A stretch of 64,000 nucleotides of DNA from a bacterium (GTDB lineage Bacteria > Patescibacteriota > Patescibacteriia > Patescibacteriales > UBA12465). Each line of letters opens with the position of its first letter. Positions within the stretch are counted from its first letter, which is position 1. The position numbers were made by a program, and so were the translations under genes. Below the pieces are notes generated by a model. The model was not told the DNA's origin. It was given only the letters and a program-made list of their open reading frames with translations, and did no database searches. Positions 19,103 to 29,022 of this stretch are shown piece by piece. The stretch spans positions 108,839-172,838 of the forward strand of contig DAONDZ010000001.1 of NCBI GenBank assembly GCA_035402825.1, in the 5' to 3' direction.

Positions 19103-20131
19103 TTAGATGCCTAAAATAATTTTTAGTCTATTAATCCGATGATCAATTCTCTTTAATTTGTTGACATCGCGCCGCACCGTATTGCTGAGTAATTGATAGC
19201 TAGTGGTGCGAATCATAGTCCAATAAGAATAATTGGCTATTCTCTCCTGTAAATCTTGATCTAATTTCAAATGACTATGGGCAAAATAATTATCCAGAAA
19301 CATTTTTTCCAAACTCTGCAAATATTCTTCCGATAGTCCTTCTTTCTGGCCCATGTAGCTCAATTGTTCGCAAAAGCAACCTAGGTCTCTAGCCGGATCG
19401 CCCCAAGACAAATCATTTAAATCAATTAACGCCACCTTGCCGTCGTTAATTCTAATTATATTGTCCGGATGAGCATCGCCATGAACCAAGCAGCGCTCTG
19501 AATGTTCTTGTTTGAACTTTTCTTCTCTAGCAGTAAAAATGGCATAGGCTTTTTTATAAAAATCTAAATAATCCGGATAGCGGTCGGCGATATAATCCAA
19601 CACCTTATTCATTCCCGGTACCACGGCCGGAATAAAGCCATCCGGGAAATCTACCTTTTCGTTCACCGCTAAAGAATGCAGGCGAGCAAACCATTGGCCG
19701 GCTAGACTGACAATTTCTTCAATCATCGGCTTGTCTTGGCGATAAAGATAATGATGCAAATTATAGCCCTCCACGCCGCGATAGAAAACCGCGTTAAAAT
19801 AATCGGAGAAAAATAAAGGATGTGGAATAGATAACCTGTCACCGGCAAAACCATGGCGCCAAAGAAAATCTAAGGCCAAGAAAAAAGTCTTGCGCGGTTC
19901 ACTGCTGTGAGCCGCACAAAATATCGGTACAGTAGTGGTCTGCCCGGCTTTATTTTCTAAAATAGTAGAATACTCCACCACTACGTGATAAGTCTTGGTC
20001 CAGACATTTTTCTTGTGGCTGATAATTTTGATGTCTCGTACTTTAGGAAAATCAGGATAAAAAGCCGGCAGCTTGCGACGGAGCAAAGACAGAATATATT
20101 GTTCATCAAATAATTTATAGGCTTTATTCAT
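19103..20131 (-). CDS. Aminoglycoside-phosphotransferase/choline-kinase-fold kinase (APH-like)
   Basis: Catalytic loop LVHGDAHPDNIIRI followed by ALIDLNDLSWGDPARDLG (Brenner HxDxxxxN plus DxD-type motif). Start is either 20131 (ATG, MNKAYKLF) or 20167. Confidence 0.6.
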   Translation of the reverse strand: MNKAYKLFDEQYILSLLRRKLPAFYPDFPKVRDIKIISHKKNVWTKTYHVVVEYSTILENKAGQTTTVPIFCAAHSSEPRKTFFLALDFLWRHGFAGDRLSIPHPLFFSDYFNAVFYRGVEGYNLHHYLYRQDKPMIEEIVSLAGQWFARLHSLAVNEKVDFPDGFIPAVVPGMNKVLDYIADRYPDYLDFYKKAYAIFTAREEKFKQEHSERCLVHGDAHPDNIIRINDGKVALIDLNDLSWGDPARDLGCFCEQLSYMGQKEGLSEEYLQSLEKMFLDNYFAHSHLKLDQDLQERIANYSYWTMIRTTSYQLLSNTVRRDVNKLKRIDHRINRLKIILGI

Positions 20132-20136
20132 ATAAT

Positions 20137-21285
20137 TTAAAAATGATAGCGCCAATGCTTTTCCCAAATCAAGCGCTTAATCGCTACCTGCATTTTCTCG
20201 GCTTTAATCTTGGTAGCTCGACTGGTTTGATCATGCAATGACCTAATGGCTCGCACCAATTCATTGATCCCCCGCTCCACTTCATCCGGGCTCCAAGCCG
20301 GCGCCCCAAAATTATGGCTCATGTCGCGACCGCTTGCCCACCAGAAAGTGCAGCTAGCTAGCCCTCGCACTAAATGCCAGCGGGCCCAATGATAGTTGCT
20401 ATCCTTCTCATATTTTTTGATAACCGCCTGAGCTAAATCGGCTAGCTCCCAAAGAGAACGATGGATCTTGTTCTTCTTGTCCTGCCACAACGGGAAAACC
20501 ACGCCGCTTTTCAACTCGGCCGCGGTAGTCTCCCAAGAACCGGAGGCCAATCTGATTTTTTTTATTTTATAAATACCATCTAAATATTCAGAAATTATTT
20601 TAGTCTTTAATTTTTTGTTTTTCGCCAATAGCTTTAGCTCCTTCTGATCTTCATGTCTCAAGCCATAGAGCTCGCCGTCGGTGGCGGTGACAAAAACCTT
20701 GTCCCGATTGTCGCTCTCAGCAATCAAGGCCTGGATAGAAGTTGGGACATAAGTATTGGACAGCTCTCGGGAACGGAAAATAATCCGCAGCGAACTTTCG
20801 GTATCAATATAAGAAATTTGATTATCCACTCTTTCCTTAGTTAGAATCGGATCCAAAATCAGCCATTCATAACCCAAAGATTTAATGAGCTTGCCGACTT
20901 TAGGACTATAGGCCATTTCCGGCAAGAAAAACCCACGCAATTTTTTAGCTCCCAAGAATCTTTCCAGGATTTCCGCCTGCTCTTTAATTTGCAATATAGC
21001 TTCCGCTTCGGAGATTAGAGGCAATAAAGGATGATAGGCGGCGGAGCCAACTAATTCAATCTGCCCCCGCGACACTAATTTTTTTAATTGCTTGATTAGT
21101 TTGTCTTCACCCATCTCAGACCAACGCAGCAACAAGCAGCCGGAAATATTAATGGTACAACGCAGCTGCGGATTCTTTTCCCAAAAAGCCAAAAGCGGCC
21201 GATAGCATTTGTTAATCGCCTCGCTGATATTATAGGGATCGGAATTGGCCGGTTGATAGAAATGAAGAAAATTAATCCAAGTCAT
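20137..21285 (-). CDS. Glycoside hydrolase family 57-like protein
   Basis: GH57-like conserved regions: LHFYQP, GQIELVGSAAYHPLLPLI, FFLPEMAYSP, ATDGELYG. Confidence 0.65.
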   Translation of the reverse strand: MTWINFLHFYQPANSDPYNISEAINKCYRPLLAFWEKNPQLRCTINISGCLLLRWSEMGEDKLIKQLKKLVSRGQIELVGSAAYHPLLPLISEAEAILQIKEQAEILERFLGAKKLRGFFLPEMAYSPKVGKLIKSLGYEWLILDPILTKERVDNQISYIDTESSLRIIFRSRELSNTYVPTSIQALIAESDNRDKVFVTATDGELYGLRHEDQKELKLLAKNKKLKTKIISEYLDGIYKIKKIRLASGSWETTAAELKSGVVFPLWQDKKNKIHRSLWELADLAQAVIKKYEKDSNYHWARWHLVRGLASCTFWWASGRDMSHNFGAPAWSPDEVERGINELVRAIRSLHDQTSRATKIKAEKMQVAIKRLIWEKHWRYHF

Positions 21286-21286
21286 A

Positions 21287-22744
21287 TTAATCTTTTAGAG
21301 CCTTACGATAAAGCTTAATGTATTTTTTAGCCGGAATTTCCCAGCTGGAAGAAATCTGCATCACCTTCGCCACCAAAGCATTCCAGCTTTTCTGATCTTT
21401 GTAGTTTTCCAAAGCTCGAACCATGGCGCCATAAAGCGAATATTGATCATTGCCTTTAAAAGTAAAGCCGGTGCCCTGACTAGTGCCAGGATTATAATTG
21501 GAAACGGTGTCATAAAGTCCGCCCACTTCCCGCACCACCGGGATACAGCCATAACGCATGGCTTTGAGCTGATTAATGCCGCAAGGTTCATAAACGGAAG
21601 GCAACAAAAAGAAATCCGAACCGGCATACATTAAATTCTCAATCTTTTCATTGAAAGGCAGCCAAACTACTTTTTTAGGATGCAATTTATTCAAATGTTT
21701 TATCTCTTTAATATACTGCTTCTCCCCGTCGCCCATGAAAACGAATTGAACATCGTCTTTCAGGAGCTGTTTCATTAAACTTAAAATCAAATCAAAACCT
21801 TTTTGAAAAGTCAGGCGCGAAGTGGCGCAAAATAAAGGTGTCCGCGGCTCCAAGGCCAAGCCGGCCTTGCGCTGCAAAGCCTTCTTATTTTCAGCTTTGC
21901 CTTGCGGTTTTTTGTAGTTATAGTTTTTGGCCAGACTCTTATCAATCTCCGGATTATAAGCATGGTGTTCAATACCGTTAATAATCCCGAACAATCTTTC
22001 TTCCCTATTCTTTAAAATCCGATGCAAATCCTGGCCGAAATGCTTGGTCATGATTTCATTGCGATATTGTTCGCTAACGGTATTAATAATATCTGCCGAC
22101 AAAATAGCCCGCTTGGCAAAATTAATAGTTTCAATAACCGGATTGGAAATATGAGGAATTTTCTTTTTACCATAGTCCCTATCCTCCACCGGTATTTCCC
22201 ACCAATTATGACCCAACTGAAAAGCCAAATTATGAATAGTATAAATAGTTTTAGCTTTTTTCAAAGTTTTGGAATAGCGGAAATCGGTTTTGAGATAATA
22301 AGGAATCAGCCCAGTCTGCCAATCATGGCAATGAATAATATCCGCCTTGAATTTTAAAAGCGAAAGAAGCTTCAAAGCGGCCACATCAAAAATCAAGAAG
22401 CGGACATTCTCATGACTAGAGCCATAAAGATTCTTCTTGCGGGAAAAATATTTTTTATTTTCAATAAAATAGATTGGCAAATCGTCCATTAAATAACCTT
22501 GCCAATAATTAACTTCAATTTCTTCTTCGGAGTTTAAATAGATTTTTACATTGCTCAATATCAATTTCAAATGATTCTTTTTGGGATCAATTATCTGGCC
22601 ATAAAAAGGGGTAATAGCAATCACTTCGTGGCCCAAGCGTTTGATGGCTTTAGGCAAACTGCGCGACACATCACCCAAGCCGCCCGTTTTGGAATACGGG
22701 GCAACTTCGGAAGCGATATGAACTATCCTTAATTTTTGGGCCAT
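21287..22744 (-). CDS. glgA: Glycogen/starch synthase (GT5)
   Basis: IVHIASEVAPYSKTGGLGDVSRSLPKA is the GlgA N-terminal signature; 485 aa. Confidence 0.85.
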   Translation of the reverse strand: MAQKLRIVHIASEVAPYSKTGGLGDVSRSLPKAIKRLGHEVIAITPFYGQIIDPKKNHLKLILSNVKIYLNSEEEIEVNYWQGYLMDDLPIYFIENKKYFSRKKNLYGSSHENVRFLIFDVAALKLLSLLKFKADIIHCHDWQTGLIPYYLKTDFRYSKTLKKAKTIYTIHNLAFQLGHNWWEIPVEDRDYGKKKIPHISNPVIETINFAKRAILSADIINTVSEQYRNEIMTKHFGQDLHRILKNREERLFGIINGIEHHAYNPEIDKSLAKNYNYKKPQGKAENKKALQRKAGLALEPRTPLFCATSRLTFQKGFDLILSLMKQLLKDDVQFVFMGDGEKQYIKEIKHLNKLHPKKVVWLPFNEKIENLMYAGSDFFLLPSVYEPCGINQLKAMRYGCIPVVREVGGLYDTVSNYNPGTSQGTGFTFKGNDQYSLYGAMVRALENYKDQKSWNALVAKVMQISSSWEIPAKKYIKLYRKALKD

Positions 22745-23223
22745 AAGTTTGTGGCGCTTAATGTTAAAGCCATTGCTAAGGCATCGGCTGCATCATCGGG
22801 CTGGGGAATTTCCTTAAGCCGCAAAAGCATCTTCACCATTTTTTGCACTTGCTTCTTGTCCGCCTTGCCATAGCAGGACACCGCCTGCTTGACCTGGCCG
22901 GGAGTAAATTCATAAATCGGTAAAGCATTCTGTTTTAAAATCAAAAGAGCCACGCCGCGGGCTTGGCCGACTACTAAAGCGGTCTTAACATTCTTATTAA
23001 AAAATAATTGTTCAATCGCCACCGCTTCCGGTTGATATTTTTTTATGATTCCATTTAATTCCTTGGCCAGCTGCACCAAGCGAGTCGGCAAATCAAATTT
23101 CAAACTGGTTTTAATGGAGCCATAGGCGACGCACTCGGGATTCTTTCCCGGCACAAGCTTAATCAAGCCGTACCCGGTGTCGGCGATGCCTGGATCAATT
23201 CCCAATATAATTTTTTGAGCCAT
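22729..23223 (-). CDS. ruvC: Crossover junction endodeoxyribonuclease RuvC
   Basis: ILGIDPGIADTGYGLI, AIEQLFF, DAADALAMAL. Overlaps the glgA start by 16 nt. Confidence 0.9.
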   Translation of the reverse strand: MAQKIILGIDPGIADTGYGLIKLVPGKNPECVAYGSIKTSLKFDLPTRLVQLAKELNGIIKKYQPEAVAIEQLFFNKNVKTALVVGQARGVALLILKQNALPIYEFTPGQVKQAVSCYGKADKKQVQKMVKMLLRLKEIPQPDDAADALAMALTLSATNLWPKN

Positions 23224-23225
23224 AG

Positions 23226-23945
23226 TTAGGCGAGGTTGCTATAATAATCGCTTACGTCCTCATTGTCATCTAGCTCCTCTAATAGCTTGTCGATAGTATT
23301 TAAACTAGCTTCGTCTAAGTTTATTTTTTCTTTAGCCACATATTCAATGTTGGCCGATTCAATCTTTAAGCCTCTCTGTTCTAAATTGTTCTTTAGTTCC
23401 TGCAAGCTTTCCACGCGGCAATAGAGAGTGAGGCCCTCTTCTTCCACTTTCATATCATCTAAGCCTGAATCAATCAGCTCTAATTCTAATTCTTCGGTGT
23501 TTATTTTTTGAGCGTCAATTTCCGAGCGGTCAATCATAATCACGCCCTTCTGTTCAAAGTTCCACAAAACATTTCCTAAGGCTGCACCGTATTTAGACAA
23601 AGTATGGCGGACAGTGGAGGCGCTGCGATTTTTATTATCGGTAATACACTTGATAACTAATTGCAGGCCGCCTTGTCCCACGCCCTCATAATATAGTTCC
23701 GAAACCTGTTCGCCGCCCAATTCGCCAGTTCCCTTCTTAATAGCTCTTTCAATATTATCCTTAGGCATGCTCACGCTCCGAGCGCGGTCAACGGCCGCCC
23801 GCAAAGAAGGATTAGCATCAGGATCACCGCCGCCTCTGGCCGCGATGGTAATGATATTGGCCATCTTGGTAAAAACAGCGCCGCGTTTAGCGTCGACTAC
23901 CGCTTTCTGTCGATGAGTTGTCGCCCATTTAGAGTGTCCGGACAT
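23226..23945 (-). CDS. yebC: YebC/PmpR family DNA-binding regulator
   Basis: MSGHSKWATTHRQKAVVDAKRG signature N-terminus. Confidence 0.9.
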   Translation of the reverse strand: MSGHSKWATTHRQKAVVDAKRGAVFTKMANIITIAARGGGDPDANPSLRAAVDRARSVSMPKDNIERAIKKGTGELGGEQVSELYYEGVGQGGLQLVIKCITDNKNRSASTVRHTLSKYGAALGNVLWNFEQKGVIMIDRSEIDAQKINTEELELELIDSGLDDMKVEEEGLTLYCRVESLQELKNNLEQRGLKIESANIEYVAKEKINLDEASLNTIDKLLEELDDNEDVSDYYSNLA

Positions 23946-24042
23946 AAAACAAAAAATTAACTTTATTATTTTCAGCTTAGCTTAAATTGCTAAAAAAATC
24001 AATCTAAATTATAATTAAACTATAAATAGTAAGCCCTATAAT

Positions 24043-24957
24043 ATGACATTAATCAATTTAAATCAAGCTGTCTTAAATGCCCTGGTTTTCTTCTCTAAAA
24101 ACCGGCCGGCGCGCCTTAATTTATCCCAGTATAAAATGCCCTTGGTTATCGGTTCCGGCAATGCCTATAACACCGGCGCTATTCTTTTTTCCGGTCGCCC
24201 CATGATTTTAGCCAGCGAAAGCACTTTAACTGATACCATTAAGAACTATTCTCAATTAATTAAGAACAAAACCATAGACGCCGCCATCATTATCTCTGCT
24301 TCCGGCGGCAAAGACTCGGTTTGGGAGTTGGAACTGGCTAAGAAGTTAAAACTCAAAACCCATCTATTAACTTGCACCGCGGAGTCTCCGGCCGCCCGGC
24401 TAGCCGATACCGTTTCTCTCTATCGCCGTTTAAGCGAACCCTATACCTATAACACCTCTACCTATCTCGGCATGATTCTTTCTCAAACCCAGGAAGAGCC
24501 CAAAGATATTCTCAGCGCCATCAAGAAAATTAAACCAAACAAAAATCTAAAAAATTATTCCGCCTATGCCTTTGTTCTGCCTGACAGGTTTGCAGCGATA
24601 GTGGAAATGCTCAACATCAAAGGCCGGGAGCTCTTCGGCCCGAATTTAGTTTTCGCCGCTTATACCGTCGGTCAAGCCCGCCACGCTAAATTTGTTCAGC
24701 CATCAGAAAAAGAATTAGTAATTTCATTGGGGGTAGAAAACAAATATTTTGGAGAAAAAAAATCCCGCTGGGATATTAAGCTGCCTAAAAAAGCCCAACC
24801 CGGCTTGCTGTTGGCGCTTTCCTATTATATTACCGGCCTGATTCAAGAACAGAAGCCGCCTTACTTCAAAAAACATATCCAAAACTTCTGCCAAGACTAC
24901 GGGCCTAAAGCCTACGGCAAAAAAGAAAAATTTGATTTGATAGTCCCGGGCAATTAA
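24043..24957 (+). CDS. SIS-domain-like (sugar-phosphate binding/isomerase) protein
   Basis: VIGSGNAYNTGAILF ... IIISASGGKDSVWELELAKKLKLKTHLLTCTAESPAARLAD matches the SIS pattern (GxGxS ... S.SG.t.e...a...g...i.it). Assignment is tentative. Confidence 0.4.
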   Translation: MTLINLNQAVLNALVFFSKNRPARLNLSQYKMPLVIGSGNAYNTGAILFSGRPMILASESTLTDTIKNYSQLIKNKTIDAAIIISASGGKDSVWELELAKKLKLKTHLLTCTAESPAARLADTVSLYRRLSEPYTYNTSTYLGMILSQTQEEPKDILSAIKKIKPNKNLKNYSAYAFVLPDRFAAIVEMLNIKGRELFGPNLVFAAYTVGQARHAKFVQPSEKELVISLGVENKYFGEKKSRWDIKLPKKAQPGLLLALSYYITGLIQEQKPPYFKKHIQNFCQDYGPKAYGKKEKFDLIVPGN

Positions 24958-24982
24958 TTTCTACTAAAATTTATGTATTTAA

Positions 24983-25009
24983 AAACAGGCGCTTTTTAGT
25001 CGCCTGTTT
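24983..25009. terminator. Bidirectional terminator between convergent genes
   Basis: AAACAGGCG / CGCCTGTTT 9-bp stem with a 9-nt loop. Confidence 0.55.
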
Positions 25010-25031
25010 GATTTATCGATTTACTTTCTAC

Positions 25032-26516
25032 TTAGAGAAAGATTGTTTCCTCTGGTTTGGGTCCAGTGGAAATCATTTTTGATCTCATACCAGTTTGTTT
25101 CTCAACAAAAGCTTTGATTACCAACAATTCTGCCGGCAAATCTTCTACTTTTTTGCCAACCAAGCTGATTTTCCAACCCGGGAACTCAGTGTAGACCGGC
25201 TGACAATGTTCTAATACCTCAACCGCCGGAATAGCGACTGACAAAGGATCACCATTATTAATTACATGCCTCCCAAATCGGTATAACGGGCCGTTATAAA
25301 CATACTCAGTGCAAATTTTGATTACATCCAAGTCGTTTAAGACATCCAGTTTGGTTAAAATCGTATCCGGCCCCGACGACAACATAGCGTGTCGCAACAA
25401 CGGCAAATCCAACCAGCCGACTCGACGTGGCCTCCGAGTTGTAGCTCCATACTCATTACCGGCTTTTCGAATAGCTACCCCCTGCTTATATTCATCCTGA
25501 TCATTAATCGAAACATGGGTGATCTCTTCAGCTTCTCGACTGCCACCGAAATTACACCACTGGCCGGACGCTTCTCCACCTAACTCAGTGGGAAAAGGAC
25601 CGCAACCAACTCGAGTCATATAGAAGCCCTTGATAATTCCCAAACTGATATCGACATCAGCTATGGTTAACCCTGCTCCTTTAGCTAAACCGGCAACGGT
25701 ACAATCTGAAGACGTAACGAATGGGTAGGTCCCGTGATCAATACTCAACAAAGCTCCTTGCGCTCCTTCCAACAGAATCTTTTTTTGCCCAACCTGACTT
25801 TTTACTAAATCGTCAGCATCGTCAATGGAGTCTCGGAAGTTTAATGCATACTTTTGATACTGTTCAATGATTGCATCAATGTTAAATAGATTAGTCGGGT
25901 CATAATATATCCCACCATCCAGATGCTTTTCCTGCAAAATTTGCTGTATCAGCTCCGGATTATAGGAACGCAACAAGGCCATTTCTTCGGCTAAATGTTT
26001 TTTTAGCTTCTGGTAGAAGATATCTGTATTCAGCAAGTCATTCATTACCAGGCCATTACGGTCTAGGTGGCTAATGTAAGCTCGAACGATCCCTTTACCA
26101 GTAGTTCCAATCTTGCCCGAAGCTAACACCGCTTCTTTAGCGCGATCCAAAACTATATGAGTTGGCAAAATCATCTTGGCATTTAAAGCAACAACCAGAT
26201 GATTATAAGTTAGGTTTTTACTCGCCAACAAAGCTAATTCACCGCTTAAGGTTTTTGGGTAAATTACCGTGCCTGATCCTATGACATTCATTTTGCCCAA
26301 TTTATCATACAAGATACCGGAAGGTACAATATGAAACACGTGTTCTTCGTTATCTTGATAAATAGTATGACCGGCGTTATCGCCGCCGGTACCTCGCACA
26401 ATTATGTCGGCCTGCTTGGCAAACAAATCGACGAATTTTCCTTTGCCAGTGTCGCCCCACTGTTTACAAGTGATGGCAATAACACCAGCGTCCTTGAATA
26501 AATTATTCTTTTCCAT
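25032..26516 (-). CDS. purA: Adenylosuccinate synthetase (long form, 494 aa)
   Basis: QWGDTGKGKFVD P-loop, GGDNAGHTI, GTTGKGI, GATTRRPRRVGWLD. Confidence 0.88.
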   Translation of the reverse strand: MEKNNLFKDAGVIAITCKQWGDTGKGKFVDLFAKQADIIVRGTGGDNAGHTIYQDNEEHVFHIVPSGILYDKLGKMNVIGSGTVIYPKTLSGELALLASKNLTYNHLVVALNAKMILPTHIVLDRAKEAVLASGKIGTTGKGIVRAYISHLDRNGLVMNDLLNTDIFYQKLKKHLAEEMALLRSYNPELIQQILQEKHLDGGIYYDPTNLFNIDAIIEQYQKYALNFRDSIDDADDLVKSQVGQKKILLEGAQGALLSIDHGTYPFVTSSDCTVAGLAKGAGLTIADVDISLGIIKGFYMTRVGCGPFPTELGGEASGQWCNFGGSREAEEITHVSINDQDEYKQGVAIRKAGNEYGATTRRPRRVGWLDLPLLRHAMLSSGPDTILTKLDVLNDLDVIKICTEYVYNGPLYRFGRHVINNGDPLSVAIPAVEVLEHCQPVYTEFPGWKISLVGKKVEDLPAELLVIKAFVEKQTGMRSKMISTGPKPEETIFL

Positions 26517-26540
26517 CTTATACTCAATTTTAATTACTAC

Positions 26541-28043
26541 TTATTTGTGATGATAATTGGGAGCATCTTTAAAGCTCAACAACCCATGCGGGTGTGATTC
26601 AGCCAGGCCAGCTCCGGAAATTCGGAAAAAATCAGCCCGACTATGTAGGGCCAATAAATTTTTAGCACCCACGTAACCAAAACCAGAGGCGACTCCGCCT
26701 AATAGCTGAATGATTATAGCGGCTACATCGCCTTTATAATCAACCATCCCCTCCACACCTTCGGGAACTAATTTATCAAGTGCTGACTTCCCTTGGCCAT
26801 ACCGTTCGCGAGAAGCTTGGCTAGTAATCATAGCGCCCAAAGATCCCATACCGCGGTATATTTTCATCTGCCGTTCTCCGCTATAGATAACATCCCCAGG
26901 TGCTTCCGTGGTACCAGCCAAAAACTTTCCTAACATTACATTTTCTGCTCCAACGGCTAGGGCGATAACTATATCGCCGGAATGTTCAATTCCTCCGTCA
27001 GCACAAATTGGCACGTCAGAACCGCGAATAGCCTTAGCGCACTTATAAACAGCCGTTACTTGCGGGCAACCCACTCCAGCAATTACTCGGGTAGTACAAA
27101 TTGACCCCGGCCCTTGTCCGACTCTAATTCCATCAGCTCCGGCAGCGACCAAACGTTTAGCCGAATCGCCTTCGGATATATTGCCAGCTACTACATCAAT
27201 TTGGGGATAATTTTTTTTGATGTACTTAATGGTATTGACCATAGTTCTGGTATCACCATGAGCCGTATCAATTACCACCACATCAACTTTTTCTTTAGCC
27301 AGCGCCGCTAAGCGCTCTACTAAATCTTTGCCCACTCCGATAGCGGCTCCAGCGCGCAATTGGCCATTAGCATCTAAGGTATAATTCCTGGGGTTACCAG
27401 AAATTATTCTTTCTACGTCAACCCAGGTATAAATTCCCAAGAATAAACCGTGGGCATCAAAAATAGGAAGAATATTTTTATGATTATCCTTCATCTTCTG
27501 ATACGCACCCATGACGCCAATGTCTGGTCCGGCGCTAACAATTTCCTTGGCCATGATGTCAGAAACCTTTTTATTTTCGTCGTCACAATACTTAAAACTA
27601 TTTTCAGTAACTATGCCAACGATGTTTCCTTTTCCATCCTCGACCGGAAAACTAAAGAATTTGTACTCCTTCTCAGCGCGCATTTTCAAGACAGCGCCCA
27701 CTGTATCGTTTACGGAGACACAAACCGGGTCCGAAATAAAAGCATTAAGATAGTGCTTTACCTTTCGCACCTCAGCTGCTTGAATTTCCGGCGGCAAACT
27801 TTTGTGAATGATCCCTAGCCCGCCGAGGAGAGCCATAGCAATTGCCATTTTGCTCTCAGTGACTGTGTCCATAGGCGAACTCACGACCGGAATATGTAAC
27901 TTTATATTACGAGAAAATCGTCCCCCCAAATCAGCTGTCTGAGGTAGTACATTAGAATACTGCGTTCGTAAACGAACGTCTCCAAAGCTGAGCGCCAAGC
28001 CCAGTTTGTCCATTTTTGCAAAAAAAGCGTCACACTTTTTCAT
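26541..28043 (-). CDS. guaB: IMP dehydrogenase with CBS pair
   Basis: [24 protein letters not shown] catalytic loop, [18 protein letters not shown]. Strong SD AGGAGG lies 6 nt upstream. Confidence 0.9.
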   Translation of the reverse strand: MKKCDAFFAKMDKLGLALSFGDVRLRTQYSNVLPQTADLGGRFSRNIKLHIPVVSSPMDTVTESKMAIAMALLGGLGIIHKSLPPEIQAAEVRKVKHYLNAFISDPVCVSVNDTVGAVLKMRAEKEYKFFSFPVEDGKGNIVGIVTENSFKYCDDENKKVSDIMAKEIVSAGPDIGVMGAYQKMKDNHKNILPIFDAHGLFLGIYTWVDVERIISGNPRNYTLDANGQLRAGAAIGVGKDLVERLAALAKEKVDVVVIDTAHGDTRTMVNTIKYIKKNYPQIDVVAGNISEGDSAKRLVAAGADGIRVGQGPGSICTTRVIAGVGCPQVTAVYKCAKAIRGSDVPICADGGIEHSGDIVIALAVGAENVMLGKFLAGTTEAPGDVIYSGERQMKIYRGMGSLGAMITSQASRERYGQGKSALDKLVPEGVEGMVDYKGDVAAIIIQLLGGVASGFGYVGAKNLLALHSRADFFRISGAGLAESHPHGLLSFKDAPNYHHK

Positions 28044-28160
28044 TATGTTCCTCCTAGTTTAAAGGTTTATAATTAATTTATTTGGTTTTTAAACAACAGA
28101 TCGACGTTAAAACGCCGATTGGTTATTTTATTTTAAAAGACCCGAAAAGTCAAATAAAAA

Positions 28161-28180
28161 ACCACCGAGTTAACGGTGAT
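28161..28180 (-). terminator. Terminator after gpmA
   Basis: On the minus strand: ATCACCG-TTAACT-CGGTGGT, followed by TTTTTTATTT. Confidence 0.55.
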
Positions 28181-28205
28181 TTTAAATGGTCTTAAGTCTA
28201 ATAGT

Positions 28206-28949
28206 TTATTTCCGCCGCCCCTGATTTCTCACTTTCTCAATAGCCGCTTTTATTTTTTTCTGATCGCCTAAATAATAATGTCTAATCGGCCGCAATTTTT
28301 TATCCAGTTCATAAACTAACGGTACGCCGAAGGGTAAATTAAGTTGAACTATTTCCTGGTTAGGAATCTTATCCAAATATTGAATGATCGCGCGGAAAGC
28401 ATTGCCATGACCGGAGATGATGATTTTCTTGCCTTGCTTGATTCTAGGAACAATCTGTTTTTTCCAATAAGGCAAAACTCTTTTAATCACATCCGCCAGA
28501 CATTCCGTCTCCGGAATCTTAGCTTCGGCAAAACGAGGATCATTATTAATTATCTGCCGATACTTATTCTGCTCGCTAATTTTAGGTGGACGGATATCAT
28601 AGCTGCGCCGCCACTTCATAAATTGCTCCAGGCCGAATTTTTTTAAAGTCTGGCTTTTATTTTTGCCGGTTAAATCGCCATAGTGTCTTTCGGATAACTG
28701 CCAAGGCTTCTCCACTGGCACCCAATCCAAATCCATTTCCGTCAAAACGATATCTAAGGTCTTGATTGCTCGACTCAAAGGCGAAGCGAAAGCATAATCA
28801 AAAAAATATTTATTCTTTTTTAATATCTTCCCGGCAGCCAAGGCCTCTTTCTCCCCCTGCGGCGACAAATGAGAGTCGTACCAACCGCAAAACAAATTTT
28901 TTTTGTTCCACTCGCTTTCTCCATGGCGAACAAAGACTATTTTAAACAT
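28206..28949 (-). CDS. gpmA: 2,3-bisphosphoglycerate-dependent phosphoglycerate mutase
   Basis: VFVRHGESEWNKKNLFCGWYD ... SGHGNAFRA (RHG and HG histidine phosphatase motifs). Confidence 0.9.
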   Translation of the reverse strand: MFKIVFVRHGESEWNKKNLFCGWYDSHLSPQGEKEALAAGKILKKNKYFFDYAFASPLSRAIKTLDIVLTEMDLDWVPVEKPWQLSERHYGDLTGKNKSQTLKKFGLEQFMKWRRSYDIRPPKISEQNKYRQIINNDPRFAEAKIPETECLADVIKRVLPYWKKQIVPRIKQGKKIIISGHGNAFRAIIQYLDKIPNQEIVQLNLPFGVPLVYELDKKLRPIRHYYLGDQKKIKAAIEKVRNQGRRK

Positions 28950-29022
28950 AAAATATGAGAGAATTAATTAATCTATCTATATTATATAGAATTTTTACTC
29001 ATTTGACTACCGCGCGCCAAAA

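Noticed and set aside
28044-28160. A possible purine riboswitch in the roughly 115-nt region upstream of guaB.
   Set aside because: I could find only a simple 7-bp hairpin (ATCGGCG-TTTTAA-CGTCGAT). The three-way junction and conserved loop sequences of guanine/adenine riboswitches are absent.
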